From Arcobacteraceae bacterium (GTDB lineage: Bacteria; Campylobacterota; Campylobacteria; Campylobacterales; Arcobacteraceae), in contig JBLWVX010000002.1 of the NCBI GenBank assembly GCA_048268245.1, forward strand, positions 111,683 to 175,682: a DNA stretch of 64,000 nt, given 5' to 3'. The position numbers and the translations under genes were made by a program. The notes under the pieces are model-generated. The model searched no databases. It was not told where the DNA came from and saw only the letters and a program-made list of their open reading frames with translations. This document shows positions 1 to 10,225 of this stretch, in pieces. Position 1 is the first letter of the stretch, and each line of letters opens with the position of its first letter.

Positions 1-54
1 ACTTCAACAAAAGACTATGATAAAATTTATGCATCTTTAACATACACTTTCTAA
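1..54 (+). CDS. 3' end of a probable outer-membrane beta-barrel protein (partial, runs off the window)
   Basis: Frame 1 reads TSTKDYDKIYASLTYTF-stop; alternating pattern ending in Y-x-F is a typical beta-signal; followed by a terminator hairpin. Confidence 0.55.
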   Translation, partial: TSTKDYDKIYASLTYTF

Positions 55-80
55 AATAAAATCTTTAAATAAGCGCGAAC

Positions 81-108
81 AAATCAGGACCTAAAAAAGT
101 CCTGATTT
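81..108 (+). terminator. Intrinsic terminator hairpin
   Basis: Perfect 10-bp inverted repeat AAATCAGGAC/GTCCTGATTT followed by T-rich tract. Confidence 0.7.
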
Positions 109-171
109 AATTTTACTCTAACCACTTCTTATACTACTTTTTTGTATAATCCATGCAAAGGATTTAATTAT

Positions 172-1266
172 ATGGACGCATACGAATATAGTGAACTACT
201 AAAAACATTAAATACAAAACTTGACAACATTACAGGAATTTTAAAACCTGATGAATTAAATGCTAGACTTAAAGAAATAGAAGAACTAGAAGCACAACAA
301 GATTTTTGGAATGATGTTGACACTGCTACTAAAATAGGTATAGAAAAAAATAGAATACTTTCAAAACTAAGTAAATTTAATAAGGCCAACGAAGCATTAA
401 GTGGAACAAATGACCTTTATGAACTTGCAAATGAAGAAAGAGATGAAGATACTATTGAAATGCTTTATGAAGAAGCAGATGAGTTAAAAGAGCTTATAAA
501 ATCAACAGAAATTTCTGTAATGCTAAGCAACCCTGATGATGCTTCAAATGCAATTGTTTCTATTCATCCAGGTGCAGGTGGAACTGAGTCACAAGACTGG
601 GCACAAATGCTTTATAGAATGTATTTAAGATGGGCTGAAAGATATGATTATAAAATTGAACTACTTGATTATCAGCCAGGGGAAGAAGCTGGTATAAAAG
701 ATGTGTCATTTATCGTAAAGGGTGAAAATGCTTACGGATATCTAAAAGCAGAAAATGGAATTCATAGACTTGTTAGAATTTCACCATTTGATTCAAATGC
801 AAAAAGACATACTTCATTTGCTTCTGTTATGGTATCTCCTGAAATTGATGATAATATTGATATTGAAATAGAAGATAAAGATATTAGAATTGATACTTAT
901 AGAGCAAGTGGAGCTGGTGGACAGCATGTAAATAAAACAGAATCAGCTATTAGAATCACACATATAGAATCAGGAATTGTAGTTCAATGTCAAAATGATA
1001 GATCTCAGCACAAAAACAAAGCTAGTGCCATGAAAATGTTAAAATCAAGACTTTATGAGTTAGAGCTTGAAAAACAACAAGCAGACAAAGATGGTGTTGA
1101 AAAAAGTGAAATTGGATGGGGTCATCAAATTAGATCTTATGTTCTTCAACCATACCAACAAGTAAAAGATACTAGAAGTAATATTGGTTACTCAAATGTA
1201 GATGCTATCTTAGATGGTGATATAACAAAAATTATTGAAGATGTACTTATAGCTACAAGCAAATAA
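172..1266 (+). CDS. prfB: Peptide chain release factor 2
   Basis: SPF stop-recognition motif, GGQ motif ([13 protein letters not shown]), GIHRLVR; ATG at 172 preferred over 142 because AAGGA precedes it; single uninterrupted frame. Confidence 0.97.
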   Translation: MDAYEYSELLKTLNTKLDNITGILKPDELNARLKEIEELEAQQDFWNDVDTATKIGIEKNRILSKLSKFNKANEALSGTNDLYELANEERDEDTIEMLYEEADELKELIKSTEISVMLSNPDDASNAIVSIHPGAGGTESQDWAQMLYRMYLRWAERYDYKIELLDYQPGEEAGIKDVSFIVKGENAYGYLKAENGIHRLVRISPFDSNAKRHTSFASVMVSPEIDDNIDIEIEDKDIRIDTYRASGAGGQHVNKTESAIRITHIESGIVVQCQNDRSQHKNKASAMKMLKSRLYELELEKQQADKDGVEKSEIGWGHQIRSYVLQPYQQVKDTRSNIGYSNVDAILDGDITKIIEDVLIATSK

Positions 1267-1274
1267 TACTTAAA

Positions 1275-1305
1275 AGCAGAAGCGAATCTTATATTCGCAC
1301 TCTGT
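1275..1305. terminator. Probable bidirectional terminator between convergent genes
   Basis: GCAGAAGCGAAT...ATTCGCACTCTGT imperfect hairpin. Confidence 0.5.
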
Positions 1306-1314
1306 TTAAAATCA

Positions 1315-3696
1315 CTATTCTCTATCGCAAATAGTTTTATAAATACAGAAATTACAAGATGATTTTTGTTCAGTTTTTTCAAAATTTATATCATTTTTAC
1401 TTAACTCTTTTAGCTCTTCTAGTTTACTGCTTAATAGCTCAAGCTTTTTATCTAAAGCAATCTCTTCTACAAGCTTAACAGAGTTTAAATCATAATAAAA
1501 AGTGTCTATATTATCATCTTTATAAAGTTCATTTACTGCAAGATAATAAAACTCTAATTGAAAATCAATAGATTTTTCATAGTTTTTTAAAGTATCAACT
1601 TTTAAAGAAGATGAAGTTTTATAATCTATTACTTCATATCTTTTTGTCTGATTATTATAATCTATTCTATCAACTATACCTTTTAACTTAAAACCATCAA
1701 ACTCTATTTCAAACATTTTTTCTAAGGCTAAAATCTTTGAGTTTTCAAGTCTTTTTGAATCATAAATATAAAAATCATGAAGTTTCTTTTTCCATATTTC
1801 TAAATCAAGAGCTAAAAGTGGGTTTTCACTTCTGTAGTTATTAAATAGATTCTCTATTTTTCTAAAATCTAATTCTAAATTACTCTCATCAATAGTATAA
1901 TATTTTTCTAATATCTCATGTACAATATTTCCAAGCTCAAAAGATTTTGGTTTTAAAGATAAATCATGATCAGCAATTTTTAAAATATATTGTAAATAAA
2001 ATCTTCTTTTACAATCTAAGAAAGTCTTTAGTGAGCTTGCAGACCAAGAGAACTTTGATAAATCAACTCTATCAATTATATCTTTATCAAAATGTTTCAA
2101 AGTATAGTTATTGTATAAAATATGTCTATATGAGTTATCGTATACATTATAATCAATCTTCTCTGTAAATAACTCATTTGCAAATCTTGTAATCTGATTT
2201 GAATCAGAATTAACATAAGAGATATAAACCTCTTTTGATGAGTTAATCAATCTTTTATAATAGTACTTTTGTAAAAGTTCTCTATCACTTAAAGTTGGAA
2301 GATTTGTCATAGCTTTAATTTTTGAAGATAAAAACTTATCTTTTACAGATGCTTTTGGTATAAACTGCTCATTAAAATCACATATAATTACTGCATCAAA
2401 ACTGTTTGCTCTTGTTTCAAGCAGTCCTAAAACGGTAATCTTTCCAGAGTTAATATCATCAAGTTTTATCTCTTTTATTCTTTGAAGTAAAACTTTATAT
2501 ACATCTTTTACTAAAAGAGGATTTTCTGAAATAAAAAGTAATCTTTTTAATTTATAAACTAAATCATCAAACTTTTCACATAACTCACTGCTACTTTCAA
2601 AACTTTTTATATATTCACATAAAAACTCAAAATTCTCTTTAGTACAAATTTTTGTATATATTTTTTGAATATTATCATCAACATATTTTTTATCAATTTT
2701 TAAATAGTTTAATCTCTCAATATTAACTATTTCTTTTTCATTTAGATAATTATAAATTGCATTTGATACTTCATATAGTTTTCTGTTTTCAATAGATTTA
2801 CCCATAGCAAAGTTAAAATATCTTTCATTGTCAAATAACTGTACTGTAGAAGCAAAACTTTCATCGGGTAATACCAAAGCTATATTAGATGGGTTTATAC
2901 CTTTTTGAATACAGTTTACAATTGAGGCTTTAATAAAAGCTATTTGATTTACTCTTGAATTAAAACCTTTAATTTCAACATAACCATTTTGTGATTTCAG
3001 TTCATTTTTATAAATGATTTTTTTCTCACTCATATTTACTATATACTCAAAATCTATTTCGATTTTTTCATCTTCTATAAACTCTTTAAATACTTCTAAA
3101 GACTTTTGATTGTATTCATTTGAAAAAAATTTAATATTTAAATTAACTTCACTTGAAATAGCTTTGATTATATCAAACTCAACTTTTGTAAAGTACCCTT
3201 CAAATATAAGATTTATTTCACTAAATTTATCCAAATAGCTTTTATTTAATTCATAATATTTAAAATATGTTACCCTATCAACAAATCCATTTTTGTCAAG
3301 AATTTCAACATATTTATCATAGATTTTTGATAATATCTCTAAATGTTCAAAATAGTAATCATAAGTATCTGCTGTTTTAATATCTTGTATTGAAATTTTT
3401 TCACTAGAAAGTTCTGTAAAAAATCTATATATGTACTCATTTTGTTTTAAAAATTTTGTAAAACTATCTGATATCCCAAGTTTAGAAACGTCGATATCTT
3501 TAATAGCCTCTTTTAAAAATAAAAATCTTTGTTCTTCATCACAATATTTTTTATCATTAATAATAATAGATTTTTTAAAAAACTCATCAATTGTAAGAGT
3601 AAAAGGAAGAAGAGTATTAGAACCTTTTAAGTCACCTAAAAAAGTTCTAATAGCTCTTGATGTTGGGAAAACAAAAAGTCTATTTTTTTCTAGCAT
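1315..3696 (-). CDS. addB: AddB-like recombination protein (inactive helicase domain plus C-terminal PD-(D/E)XK nuclease)
   Basis: SASSLKTFLDC, GNIVHEILE, GIVDRID..IDYKT nuclease motifs, C-terminal CxxCxxxxxC; position after fixH as in Campylobacterota. Confidence 0.75.
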   Translation of the reverse strand: MLEKNRLFVFPTSRAIRTFLGDLKGSNTLLPFTLTIDEFFKKSIIINDKKYCDEEQRFLFLKEAIKDIDVSKLGISDSFTKFLKQNEYIYRFFTELSSEKISIQDIKTADTYDYYFEHLEILSKIYDKYVEILDKNGFVDRVTYFKYYELNKSYLDKFSEINLIFEGYFTKVEFDIIKAISSEVNLNIKFFSNEYNQKSLEVFKEFIEDEKIEIDFEYIVNMSEKKIIYKNELKSQNGYVEIKGFNSRVNQIAFIKASIVNCIQKGINPSNIALVLPDESFASTVQLFDNERYFNFAMGKSIENRKLYEVSNAIYNYLNEKEIVNIERLNYLKIDKKYVDDNIQKIYTKICTKENFEFLCEYIKSFESSSELCEKFDDLVYKLKRLLFISENPLLVKDVYKVLLQRIKEIKLDDINSGKITVLGLLETRANSFDAVIICDFNEQFIPKASVKDKFLSSKIKAMTNLPTLSDRELLQKYYYKRLINSSKEVYISYVNSDSNQITRFANELFTEKIDYNVYDNSYRHILYNNYTLKHFDKDIIDRVDLSKFSWSASSLKTFLDCKRRFYLQYILKIADHDLSLKPKSFELGNIVHEILEKYYTIDESNLELDFRKIENLFNNYRSENPLLALDLEIWKKKLHDFYIYDSKRLENSKILALEKMFEIEFDGFKLKGIVDRIDYNNQTKRYEVIDYKTSSSLKVDTLKNYEKSIDFQLEFYYLAVNELYKDDNIDTFYYDLNSVKLVEEIALDKKLELLSSKLEELKELSKNDINFEKTEQKSSCNFCIYKTICDRE

Positions 3697-4246
3697 TTGT
3701 TTTTATATAAATATAACCTGCATTACCATCTATATCAAGTGTACCTGTTATATTCCAATTATTTTCTTCTGTAATATCAAATTGTGTTACATATTCATTA
3801 TTATTATTTTTAAACTTACTATTATCTAGTAAAATATCATTATCAATAGTACTACTTTTTGTAACTTTTAAATTAATATCAATAGTTTTTTTAATATTAG
3901 TTTTTTTGTCAATTGCAAATACTTTTATAGTATTTAATCCTAAAACCATAACATCTTTATGTTTTGATTTCTTTTCAAGTACTCTTTGTGAATGCATAAT
4001 ATCATCAACAGTTAAATCAAAACTTCTGTCATTTAAAACTAATTTTAAATCATATAAACTGTTGAATTTTTTATTTGAATTCATAATATCATTATATGAT
4101 TCATCAACATCTTGATATTCTTTCATAAAGCTTTTATCTTCATCGATATTAGCTTGAGAAGTACTATATATAGTCCATATAATCATTGAAAATACAAATG
4201 AAAATATTCCTATAAAAAAAAGCGGCCAATAATTTCTATTTTTCAT
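3680..4246 (-). CDS. FixH/CcoH family cbb3 oxidase assembly protein
   Basis: N-terminal WP-led TM helix, YQDVD motif, location downstream of ccoP. Confidence 0.7.
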   Translation of the reverse strand: MKNRNYWPLFFIGIFSFVFSMIIWTIYSTSQANIDEDKSFMKEYQDVDESYNDIMNSNKKFNSLYDLKLVLNDRSFDLTVDDIMHSQRVLEKKSKHKDVMVLGLNTIKVFAIDKKTNIKKTIDINLKVTKSSTIDNDILLDNSKFKNNNNEYVTQFDITEENNWNITGTLDIDGNAGYIYIKTNARKK

Positions 4247-4250
4247 AAAT

Positions 4251-4886
4251 TTATGATTTCCTTTTTCTTAATACTGCATAAGTATAAGCTAACAGTCCTA
4301 TAACAATAATAGTATACATAAACACACGCCATATAGTACTAGAAACTTTTCCTTGGTTTCCAATACTTGTTTCAAGTTTTACTTCTTTTTGTGAAGCTAA
4401 TGTATCTGCTATTGAAGCATAACCATTTAACATAGAAGCACTAACTTTTGCAAAAAGTGTGTTCTTATCTTTTGAAGCCAATAAAGGTACTACATATCCA
4501 TCTAAAATATCATCTTTATCAACAATTTTCTTTAAATTATCATCTGAATAAATTAAATTTACATGTGTATCATCTATAAACGCAGTTAAAAGAATATAAG
4601 GCTTTTTAAGAGCCAGCAGAAGATCATTTTCATGAGCTTTTATAGTAGCAAATTTCTTTTTCATAGGAAATTCTTCTGGTAAATTTAAACCTTTAATAGT
4701 ATAAACATAAATATTCACACCTAATTTAGTTTTAACTTCATTTCCAATTTGATTTATTTTTTCTTGTGCTCTTGTATCAATTAGACTATCATCTTTTAAG
4801 ATGTAACCTTGTGCAAATAAGTTTTGTGATAAAAAAAATAGCAGTGAAAAAAACACTGCTATTTTAAAATTAACTAAATTTTTCAT
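4251..4886 (-). CDS. Conserved exported/membrane protein (TPM-like) in cbb3 cluster
   Basis: Signal peptide plus C-terminal TM helix with basic tail; 211 aa. Confidence 0.6.
   Translation of the reverse strand: MKNLVNFKIAVFFSLLFFLSQNLFAQGYILKDDSLIDTRAQEKINQIGNEVKTKLGVNIYVYTIKGLNLPEEFPMKKKFATIKAHENDLLLALKKPYILLTAFIDDTHVNLIYSDDNLKKIVDKDDILDGYVVPLLASKDKNTLFAKVSASMLNGYASIADTLASQKEVKLETSIGNQGKVSSTIWRVFMYTIIVIGLLAYTYAVLRKRKS
4831..4865 (-). terminator. Intrinsic terminator inside the 5' end of the TPM-like CDS
   Basis: 12-bp perfect stem AAAATAGCAGTG/CACTGCTATTTT, 7-nt loop, 8-T run on minus strand. Confidence 0.65.
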
Positions 4887-4979
4887 TTATCCAACGAACA
4901 CTCTAGTTGAGTCAAAAAACCCATAGTAAGCTGTCATAACGGCAGAAACTAAAAGTAAAACACCTATGATTTTTTCCAT
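4887..4979 (-). CDS. 30-aa single-TM small protein (not in ORF track)
   Basis: MEKIIGVLLLVSAVMTAYYGFFDSTRVFVG; AGGAG RBS; stop directly abuts next ATG. Confidence 0.8.
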   Translation of the reverse strand: MEKIIGVLLLVSAVMTAYYGFFDSTRVFVG

Positions 4980-4989
4980 ACTTTACTCC

Positions 4990-5232
4990 TTACTTACCAT
5001 TACCAACAAGCTCATATTGCTTGTGGTTGTCTGAACTATTCATTTTTAAACCATTTAAATCTTGGTTAATTTTATAATAGTTATCAGCCTCGTTTTGTTG
5101 AACCTTAATTGCATTAATAGTTAGAACTGCTAAGATTGTAAGTAATAAAGCAGTTGCTATAAGCATTCCTGTAATACCATGTAATTTAAAGATTCCTCTT
5201 TCATTTTCATTCATTTGTGTATTTCCAGCCAT
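4990..5232 (-). CDS. DUF4006-type small membrane protein
   Basis: ENERGIFKLHGITGMLIA..LLL.IL motif; directly after ccoP. Confidence 0.8.
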   Translation of the reverse strand: MAGNTQMNENERGIFKLHGITGMLIATALLLTILAVLTINAIKVQQNEADNYYKINQDLNGLKMNSSDNHKQYELVGNGK

Positions 5233-5233
5233 A

Positions 5234-6127
5234 TTACTCTCCTAAACTTCTAATATAAGTAGCTAATGCTTTTTCTTGAGTTTCGTTAAGTCTTCCATCA
5301 AAACTTGGCATTACACCAATGTTTCCTTTTTTACCATCTTTTAATACAGCCATAACAATTGCATCATCATATTCTCTAATATTTGGTGCAACATATGCCA
5401 TACCTTTACCATCAATACCATGACATCCAGCACAAACACCATAAGCTGCAGGTTGTTCACCTTGGAATCCATTAGCTACGTACTCTGCCACTTCATTGAT
5501 ATCTTTTTCTTCTGTTAACATCATTGGAGGCATTCCAGCTGGGTATGCAGTTTTTAAATTGTTTGCACCATTTTTAATCACATTAACAACTTGATTTTTA
5601 GCAAATCTTTTTGTTAAATTATGAGCTTTACCATTAATACCCTCAGCATCAACACCATGACAAGGTGCACATTGTACTAAGAATAATGAACTTCCCATTG
5701 CTTCAAGAGTTTCTTGTGATGGATTTTCCCATTTAGCTTCAAACTTTTTATTGTATTCAATAGTTTCTTCATTCCATTGACCAATTTGTGAAAAACCATT
5801 AATTGGATAACCAACTGTAAAGTACCAAAACATCCATACAATAGTACCAATAAATGCTAATCCCCATCCTGTAGGAATAGGGTTTTTATATTCACCAATA
5901 CCATCCCAATTTTCTTCAGCTAAATCACCACTAGCTGTATCATTTTTCATTTGATTAACATATTTAAGTGCTACAAATACTGTAATAGTAATAATTGCTA
6001 CAGCACCTAACATTGTTAAACTATTTATATTCGAAATATCGCTACTAAAAGCATCACCTGCTGCGAAGTAAGTTCCTGCTAATAAAGCGATGATAAGAAC
6101 AATTCCACCTACTACCATAGATTTCAT
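5234..6127 (-). CDS. ccoP: cbb3-type cytochrome c oxidase subunit III
   Basis: WDGIGEYKNP motif, two CxxCH (CAPCH, CAGCH). Confidence 0.95.
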   Translation of the reverse strand: MKSMVVGGIVLIIALLAGTYFAAGDAFSSDISNINSLTMLGAVAIITITVFVALKYVNQMKNDTASGDLAEENWDGIGEYKNPIPTGWGLAFIGTIVWMFWYFTVGYPINGFSQIGQWNEETIEYNKKFEAKWENPSQETLEAMGSSLFLVQCAPCHGVDAEGINGKAHNLTKRFAKNQVVNVIKNGANNLKTAYPAGMPPMMLTEEKDINEVAEYVANGFQGEQPAAYGVCAGCHGIDGKGMAYVAPNIREYDDAIVMAVLKDGKKGNIGVMPSFDGRLNETQEKALATYIRSLGE

Positions 6128-6128
6128 G

Positions 6129-6353
6129 TTATGTCTCCTTATTATCTATATCTTTATCTTTTTTTCTATCTTCTAGAGGAGTTGAAACATCTGCATCATC
6201 GTGCACTAGTTTTGAGTATTTTTCAAAATCTCTTTCACCAGTTTTATCTCTCTTGTATATAGAGTAAGCATAAGAGTAAAAAATAATAAATATAGCTAAA
6301 ATAAAAAAGAATTTAGCATAACCTTGCACAGTAACCAGTGTTTCATAATCCAT
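6129..6353 (-). CDS. ccoQ: cbb3-type cytochrome c oxidase subunit CcoQ
   Basis: Small single-TM protein between ccoO and ccoP. Confidence 0.9.
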   Translation of the reverse strand: MDYETLVTVQGYAKFFFILAIFIIFYSYAYSIYKRDKTGERDFEKYSKLVHDDADVSTPLEDRKKDKDIDNKET

Positions 6354-6363
6354 TTAAGAACCT

Positions 6364-7047
6364 CTATTTTAAAGAATTTAAATATGCAATTAATGCAACT
6401 ATTTCAGGAACCTGACCGTTTGCAACAGCATCTTTTACAGCTTGATTTTTCATATCAGCAGCAATCTCTTTTGCATCAACTTTTGCTCTTGCAATAGCAG
6501 ATTCAAAATCACCTAATGGAACATCAATTTGCCCATCTCCATCAATATCAACATCGTATGGAGTATTAAATACAGTTTTTACTGTATATGCTTCTGCATA
6601 TGCAGTTTCTAAATCAGCAATATTCTCAAACTGGTGAGGGTATGCTGGCATAATTGAACCAGGAACAACAGATTCTGGATCTAACATGTGATTTTCATGC
6701 CAGTCAGTAGTTCTATAGTTTCCAACTCTCATTAAGTCTGGTCCAGTTCTCTTTGATCCCCATAAGAATGGTCTATCATAAGCGTACTCACCAGATAATG
6801 AATACATACCATATCTATCAGTTTCTGATTTAAATGGTCTAATTAATTGTGAGTGACACGCATTACAAGAATCTTTAATATATACTTGTCTACCTGCTAA
6901 CTCTAATAGTGTATATGGTTTAGTACCAACTGTTGGTCTAGACTGTTTTGCAAAATCAGGAATTACTTCAATGATACCTGCAAATGAAATAAATACGAAT
7001 ACTAATACCGCAAAGAAAAACGGTCTTTGTTCAAACCAATGAAACAT
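6364..7047 (-). CDS. ccoO: cbb3-type cytochrome c oxidase subunit II
   Basis: CNACHSQLIRP, WGSKRTGPDL, PGSIMPAY. Confidence 0.97.
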   Translation of the reverse strand: MFHWFEQRPFFFAVLVFVFISFAGIIEVIPDFAKQSRPTVGTKPYTLLELAGRQVYIKDSCNACHSQLIRPFKSETDRYGMYSLSGEYAYDRPFLWGSKRTGPDLMRVGNYRTTDWHENHMLDPESVVPGSIMPAYPHQFENIADLETAYAEAYTVKTVFNTPYDVDIDGDGQIDVPLGDFESAIARAKVDAKEIAADMKNQAVKDAVANGQVPEIVALIAYLNSLK

Positions 7048-7062
7048 AATTTTCCCTCCTTC

Positions 7063-8529
7063 TTATGCAGCTACTGGTGTAGTGTTAGCTGGTTCTTTAT
7101 CAAGTACTCTACCACATTTAATAGTTTTATAAATGTTGTATGCGAACATAAAGAATCCAATTAAGTATAATAACCCACCAACAGCTCTAATAGTATAGTA
7201 TGGTTTTAATACTACAACAGTATCAATAAATGAGTAAACTAATGAACCATATTCGTCATAAGCTCTCCACATCATACCTTGTGTAATACCTGCAATCCAC
7301 ATAGATGTAAAGTATAAAACAATACCAGTTGTTTGTAACCAGAATTGAGTATCCATTAATGATTTAGAGTAAATCTCTCTTTTATACATTCTTGGAACCA
7401 TATGGTATAAAGCAGCCATAATCATAAACACAACCCATCCTAATACACCATCATGTACGTGACCTGGAATCCAGTCAGTAAAGTGTGCAATTGCATTTAC
7501 AGATTTAATAGCTTGAATTGGACCTTCAATTGTAGATAACATATAGAAAGTTGAAGCTAATACCATGAATTTAATTAGTGTATTTGTTTGTAACTGTTGC
7601 CATTCACCTTTCATAGTTAAAAGCATATTAATAGCAGATCCCCATGATGGTAAGATTAATACAACTGACATTACAGAACCCATTGTCTGCATCCAATCCG
7701 GAACAGTTGAATAAATAAGGTGGTGTCCACCAGCCCATAAGTAAACAAATAATAATCCCCAGAATGCTAAGATAGAAAGTTTATAAGAATAAACATTTTG
7801 TCCTGACTCTTTAGGTAAAAAGTAATAAATTAAAGCAATAATTGGTGTAGTAAATACGAATGCAACAGCATTGTGTCCATACCACCATTGTACTAGTGCA
7901 TCATTTGTACCTGAATACATAGAAACTGAGTGAATCCACGATCCATAACCTGATACTAATGCAGTTGGAACTTCCATATTGTTAAATAAATATAACATTG
8001 CAACAGCAATAAATGTAGCAATCATATACCAAATTGAAATATATAAAGTTCTTTCTCTTCTAATTCCAATTAAACCAAAAATAGAGATACCCCATAAAAC
8101 CCACCATACAACAACTAAAATGTCTAATGGCCACTCTAATTCAGCATACTCTTTTGAAGTTGTAATACCCATAAATAGAGTAACAACAGCTAAAAGAATT
8201 GTGATAAAATATAGAGCAAAATGTAATTTTGCTACTGCCATTAAAAATGGCGATTCTTTTAAAGAAACTTTTAATACTCTTTGAGAAAGGTAATACCATC
8301 CTGCAAAGATACCACTTAGAGCAAAACCAAAAGCAACACCATTAGTGTGTAAAGGTCTTAATCTACTGAAAGTACCATATTCCCCTGCTAAGTTATTTAA
8401 ACCTGGGAAAGCTAATTGAAACGCTAGTATAACACCAATTGTCATACCAATGATACCAAACAAAATTGTTGCAAATGTAAAGGCTTTTGCAACTGAGTAA
8501 TCATACTCAATTTTTGCACCGTTTTGCAT
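7063..8529 (-). CDS. ccoN: cbb3-type cytochrome c oxidase subunit I
   Basis: RLRPLHTN, QWWYGHNAV, GHHL, GHVH ligand motifs; ATG 8529 with GGAGGAG RBS. Confidence 0.98.
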   Translation of the reverse strand: MQNGAKIEYDYSVAKAFTFATILFGIIGMTIGVILAFQLAFPGLNNLAGEYGTFSRLRPLHTNGVAFGFALSGIFAGWYYLSQRVLKVSLKESPFLMAVAKLHFALYFITILLAVVTLFMGITTSKEYAELEWPLDILVVVWWVLWGISIFGLIGIRRERTLYISIWYMIATFIAVAMLYLFNNMEVPTALVSGYGSWIHSVSMYSGTNDALVQWWYGHNAVAFVFTTPIIALIYYFLPKESGQNVYSYKLSILAFWGLLFVYLWAGGHHLIYSTVPDWMQTMGSVMSVVLILPSWGSAINMLLTMKGEWQQLQTNTLIKFMVLASTFYMLSTIEGPIQAIKSVNAIAHFTDWIPGHVHDGVLGWVVFMIMAALYHMVPRMYKREIYSKSLMDTQFWLQTTGIVLYFTSMWIAGITQGMMWRAYDEYGSLVYSFIDTVVVLKPYYTIRAVGGLLYLIGFFMFAYNIYKTIKCGRVLDKEPANTTPVAA

Positions 8530-8640
8530 CAATCTCCTCCTACTAATTTTATATACAAGTCACAAATCGTCACTTATGCTAAATATTAGCTAAATGCCTC
8601 TAAAGTTTTACTTAATTTTAGTAGTATTTAAGTATTTTAT

Positions 8641-8668
8641 TAACAAATATTTAACAATTAAATAACAA
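8641..8668. promoter_or_regulatory. Three TAACAA direct repeats at 11-bp period upstream of ccoN
   Basis: TAACAA at 8641, 8652, 8663; helical phasing typical of winged-helix response-regulator sites. Confidence 0.45.
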
Positions 8669-8671
8669 CTC

Positions 8672-8690
8672 TATAATGATAATAATTATC
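8672..8690. promoter_or_regulatory. Fur-box-like site upstream of ccoN
   Basis: TATAATGATAATAATTATC matches 17/19 of GATAATGATAATCATTATC. Confidence 0.55.
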
Positions 8691-8984
8691 TGTTTTGCTA
8701 TTTTAATCTTATTTTTCTTATTTACAGTTTTGTATAATTTAAACTTATGTTTTTATTGAGCCTATAGATAAATATATTTTTGTAAAGGCCTTATTATAGG
8801 CTTTTGTTATTGCTTTTATTTTTAAAAAGTTAAATTTTTATAAATCTAACATTTTATTTTTCTTTTAATATGATTATTTTAAAGTAGAATAAAAGCCTAA
8901 CATGAATGATTTTTCAGTCAAATTACATAATTAGTAATTAATAATAGTTATTTAATGAATTTTATTATTAACTTGGAAGTTTTA

Positions 8985-9461
8985 TCACTTCCAGTTTTTT
9001 AGTGTCTGTTGAGTCTCTCTTTGCATAGTTTTTCTCTTCATATCTTCTCTTTTATCATGAAGTTTTTTACCTTGTGCAGTTGCTATTTGAACCTTTACCA
9101 TATTCTTTGAATTAAAGTACAATTTTAGTGCAACTATAGTAATACCATCTTTAGTAACTTTAGTATGAAGTTTTTCTATTTCTTTTCTGTGAAGTAATAG
9201 TTTTCTATCTCTTCTCTCATTTGGTCTAAAAGTTGTATGTGCCGTACTTAAATGGGAAATATGCATATTTAGTAAAAATACTTCATCTTTTATAATTCTA
9301 ATGTGAGTATCTTTTAAGTTAACTCTACCTTCTCTTATAGCTTTTACTTCACTTCCTTGAAGAGATATTCCAGCTTCATATGTATCTAAAATATGATAGT
9401 CATGCCATGCTTTTTTATTTTTGAATACTAAATTTTTATCTTTTTCTTTCTTTTTTGCCAT
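8985..9461 (-). CDS. smpB: SsrA-binding protein
   Basis: [34 protein letters not shown]. Confidence 0.97.
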   Translation of the reverse strand: MAKKKEKDKNLVFKNKKAWHDYHILDTYEAGISLQGSEVKAIREGRVNLKDTHIRIIKDEVFLLNMHISHLSTAHTTFRPNERRDRKLLLHRKEIEKLHTKVTKDGITIVALKLYFNSKNMVKVQIATAQGKKLHDKREDMKRKTMQRETQQTLKNWK

Positions 9462-10225
9462 TAGTTTTCCTCATTTATTGTAAAAAAAGAGCTTCCACTA
9501 CCACTAAAATACCAATTGCTTTTTGCATATTCTTCTAAAAGTGGTTCAGACATGATTGCAGGTTCATATAAATCGTTAGCTTCTTTTATATTAAATTCTT
9601 TTAAAATATCTATTGACTTCATGCTTAATAGTTTTTCTTTTTCTACTTCTTTTATTTCTTTATAAAAGTGTTTTCTAAAAAGTGTAAATATTTTACCTGT
9701 GTCACATTTTATATTTGGAGTTATTGTTTTTATATTCAAAGGTTTTTCTTCAAACTCTTCTACAATCTCACCAATCCCTGTAACATTTGCACTGTCATAT
9801 TCATATACAAAAAATGGAACATCTGCACCAATTTTTACAGCTATATTGCATAGTTCATCTTTTGATAGCCCTAAATTACAATATTTATTTGCCATAATTA
9901 AAAAAGTAGCAGCATTTGAACTTCCACCCCCAAGTCCTGCAAACTCTGGGATATTTTTATCAATCTTTACACTATATTCTTGAAAAAAATTCTCAACACT
10001 TTTCATGTGTTTTATCAAATTGTATGCTTTATATACAGTATTTGATTCTAATTTACATCCAAAATCCCCTATAATGTTAAAAGCTTTCCTATTCGTTTTA
10101 ACAAAAGAGAATTCGTCATACAGACTATGAACTCGTATGAACCTAGATACAAGTTCATGGTATGTATCTCTTTTTCCAGCTATTTTTAAAAATATATTAA
10201 CTTTTGCGTAAGACTTAGCATACAT
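9461..10225 (-). CDS. ispE: 4-diphosphocytidyl-2-C-methyl-D-erythritol kinase
   Basis: [30 protein letters not shown]. Confidence 0.95.
   Translation of the reverse strand: MYAKSYAKVNIFLKIAGKRDTYHELVSRFIRVHSLYDEFSFVKTNRKAFNIIGDFGCKLESNTVYKAYNLIKHMKSVENFFQEYSVKIDKNIPEFAGLGGGSSNAATFLIMANKYCNLGLSKDELCNIAVKIGADVPFFVYEYDSANVTGIGEIVEEFEEKPLNIKTITPNIKCDTGKIFTLFRKHFYKEIKEVEKEKLLSMKSIDILKEFNIKEANDLYEPAIMSEPLLEEYAKSNWYFSGSGSSFFTINEEN

Noticed and set aside
172..300. prfB programmed +1 frameshift
   Set aside because: The ORF is continuous with no in-frame CTT-TGA; absence of the frameshift is common and not novel
8557..8575. AAGTCAC-N5-GTCACTT imperfect palindrome near the ccoN start as an FNR/CRP site
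   Set aside because: Does not fit TTGAT-N4-ATCAA or TGTGA-N6-TCACA; too weak to call
8676..8759. 27-aa hydrophobic plus-strand ORF in the ccoN IGR
   Set aside because: No RBS; hydrophobicity is expected from T-rich DNA
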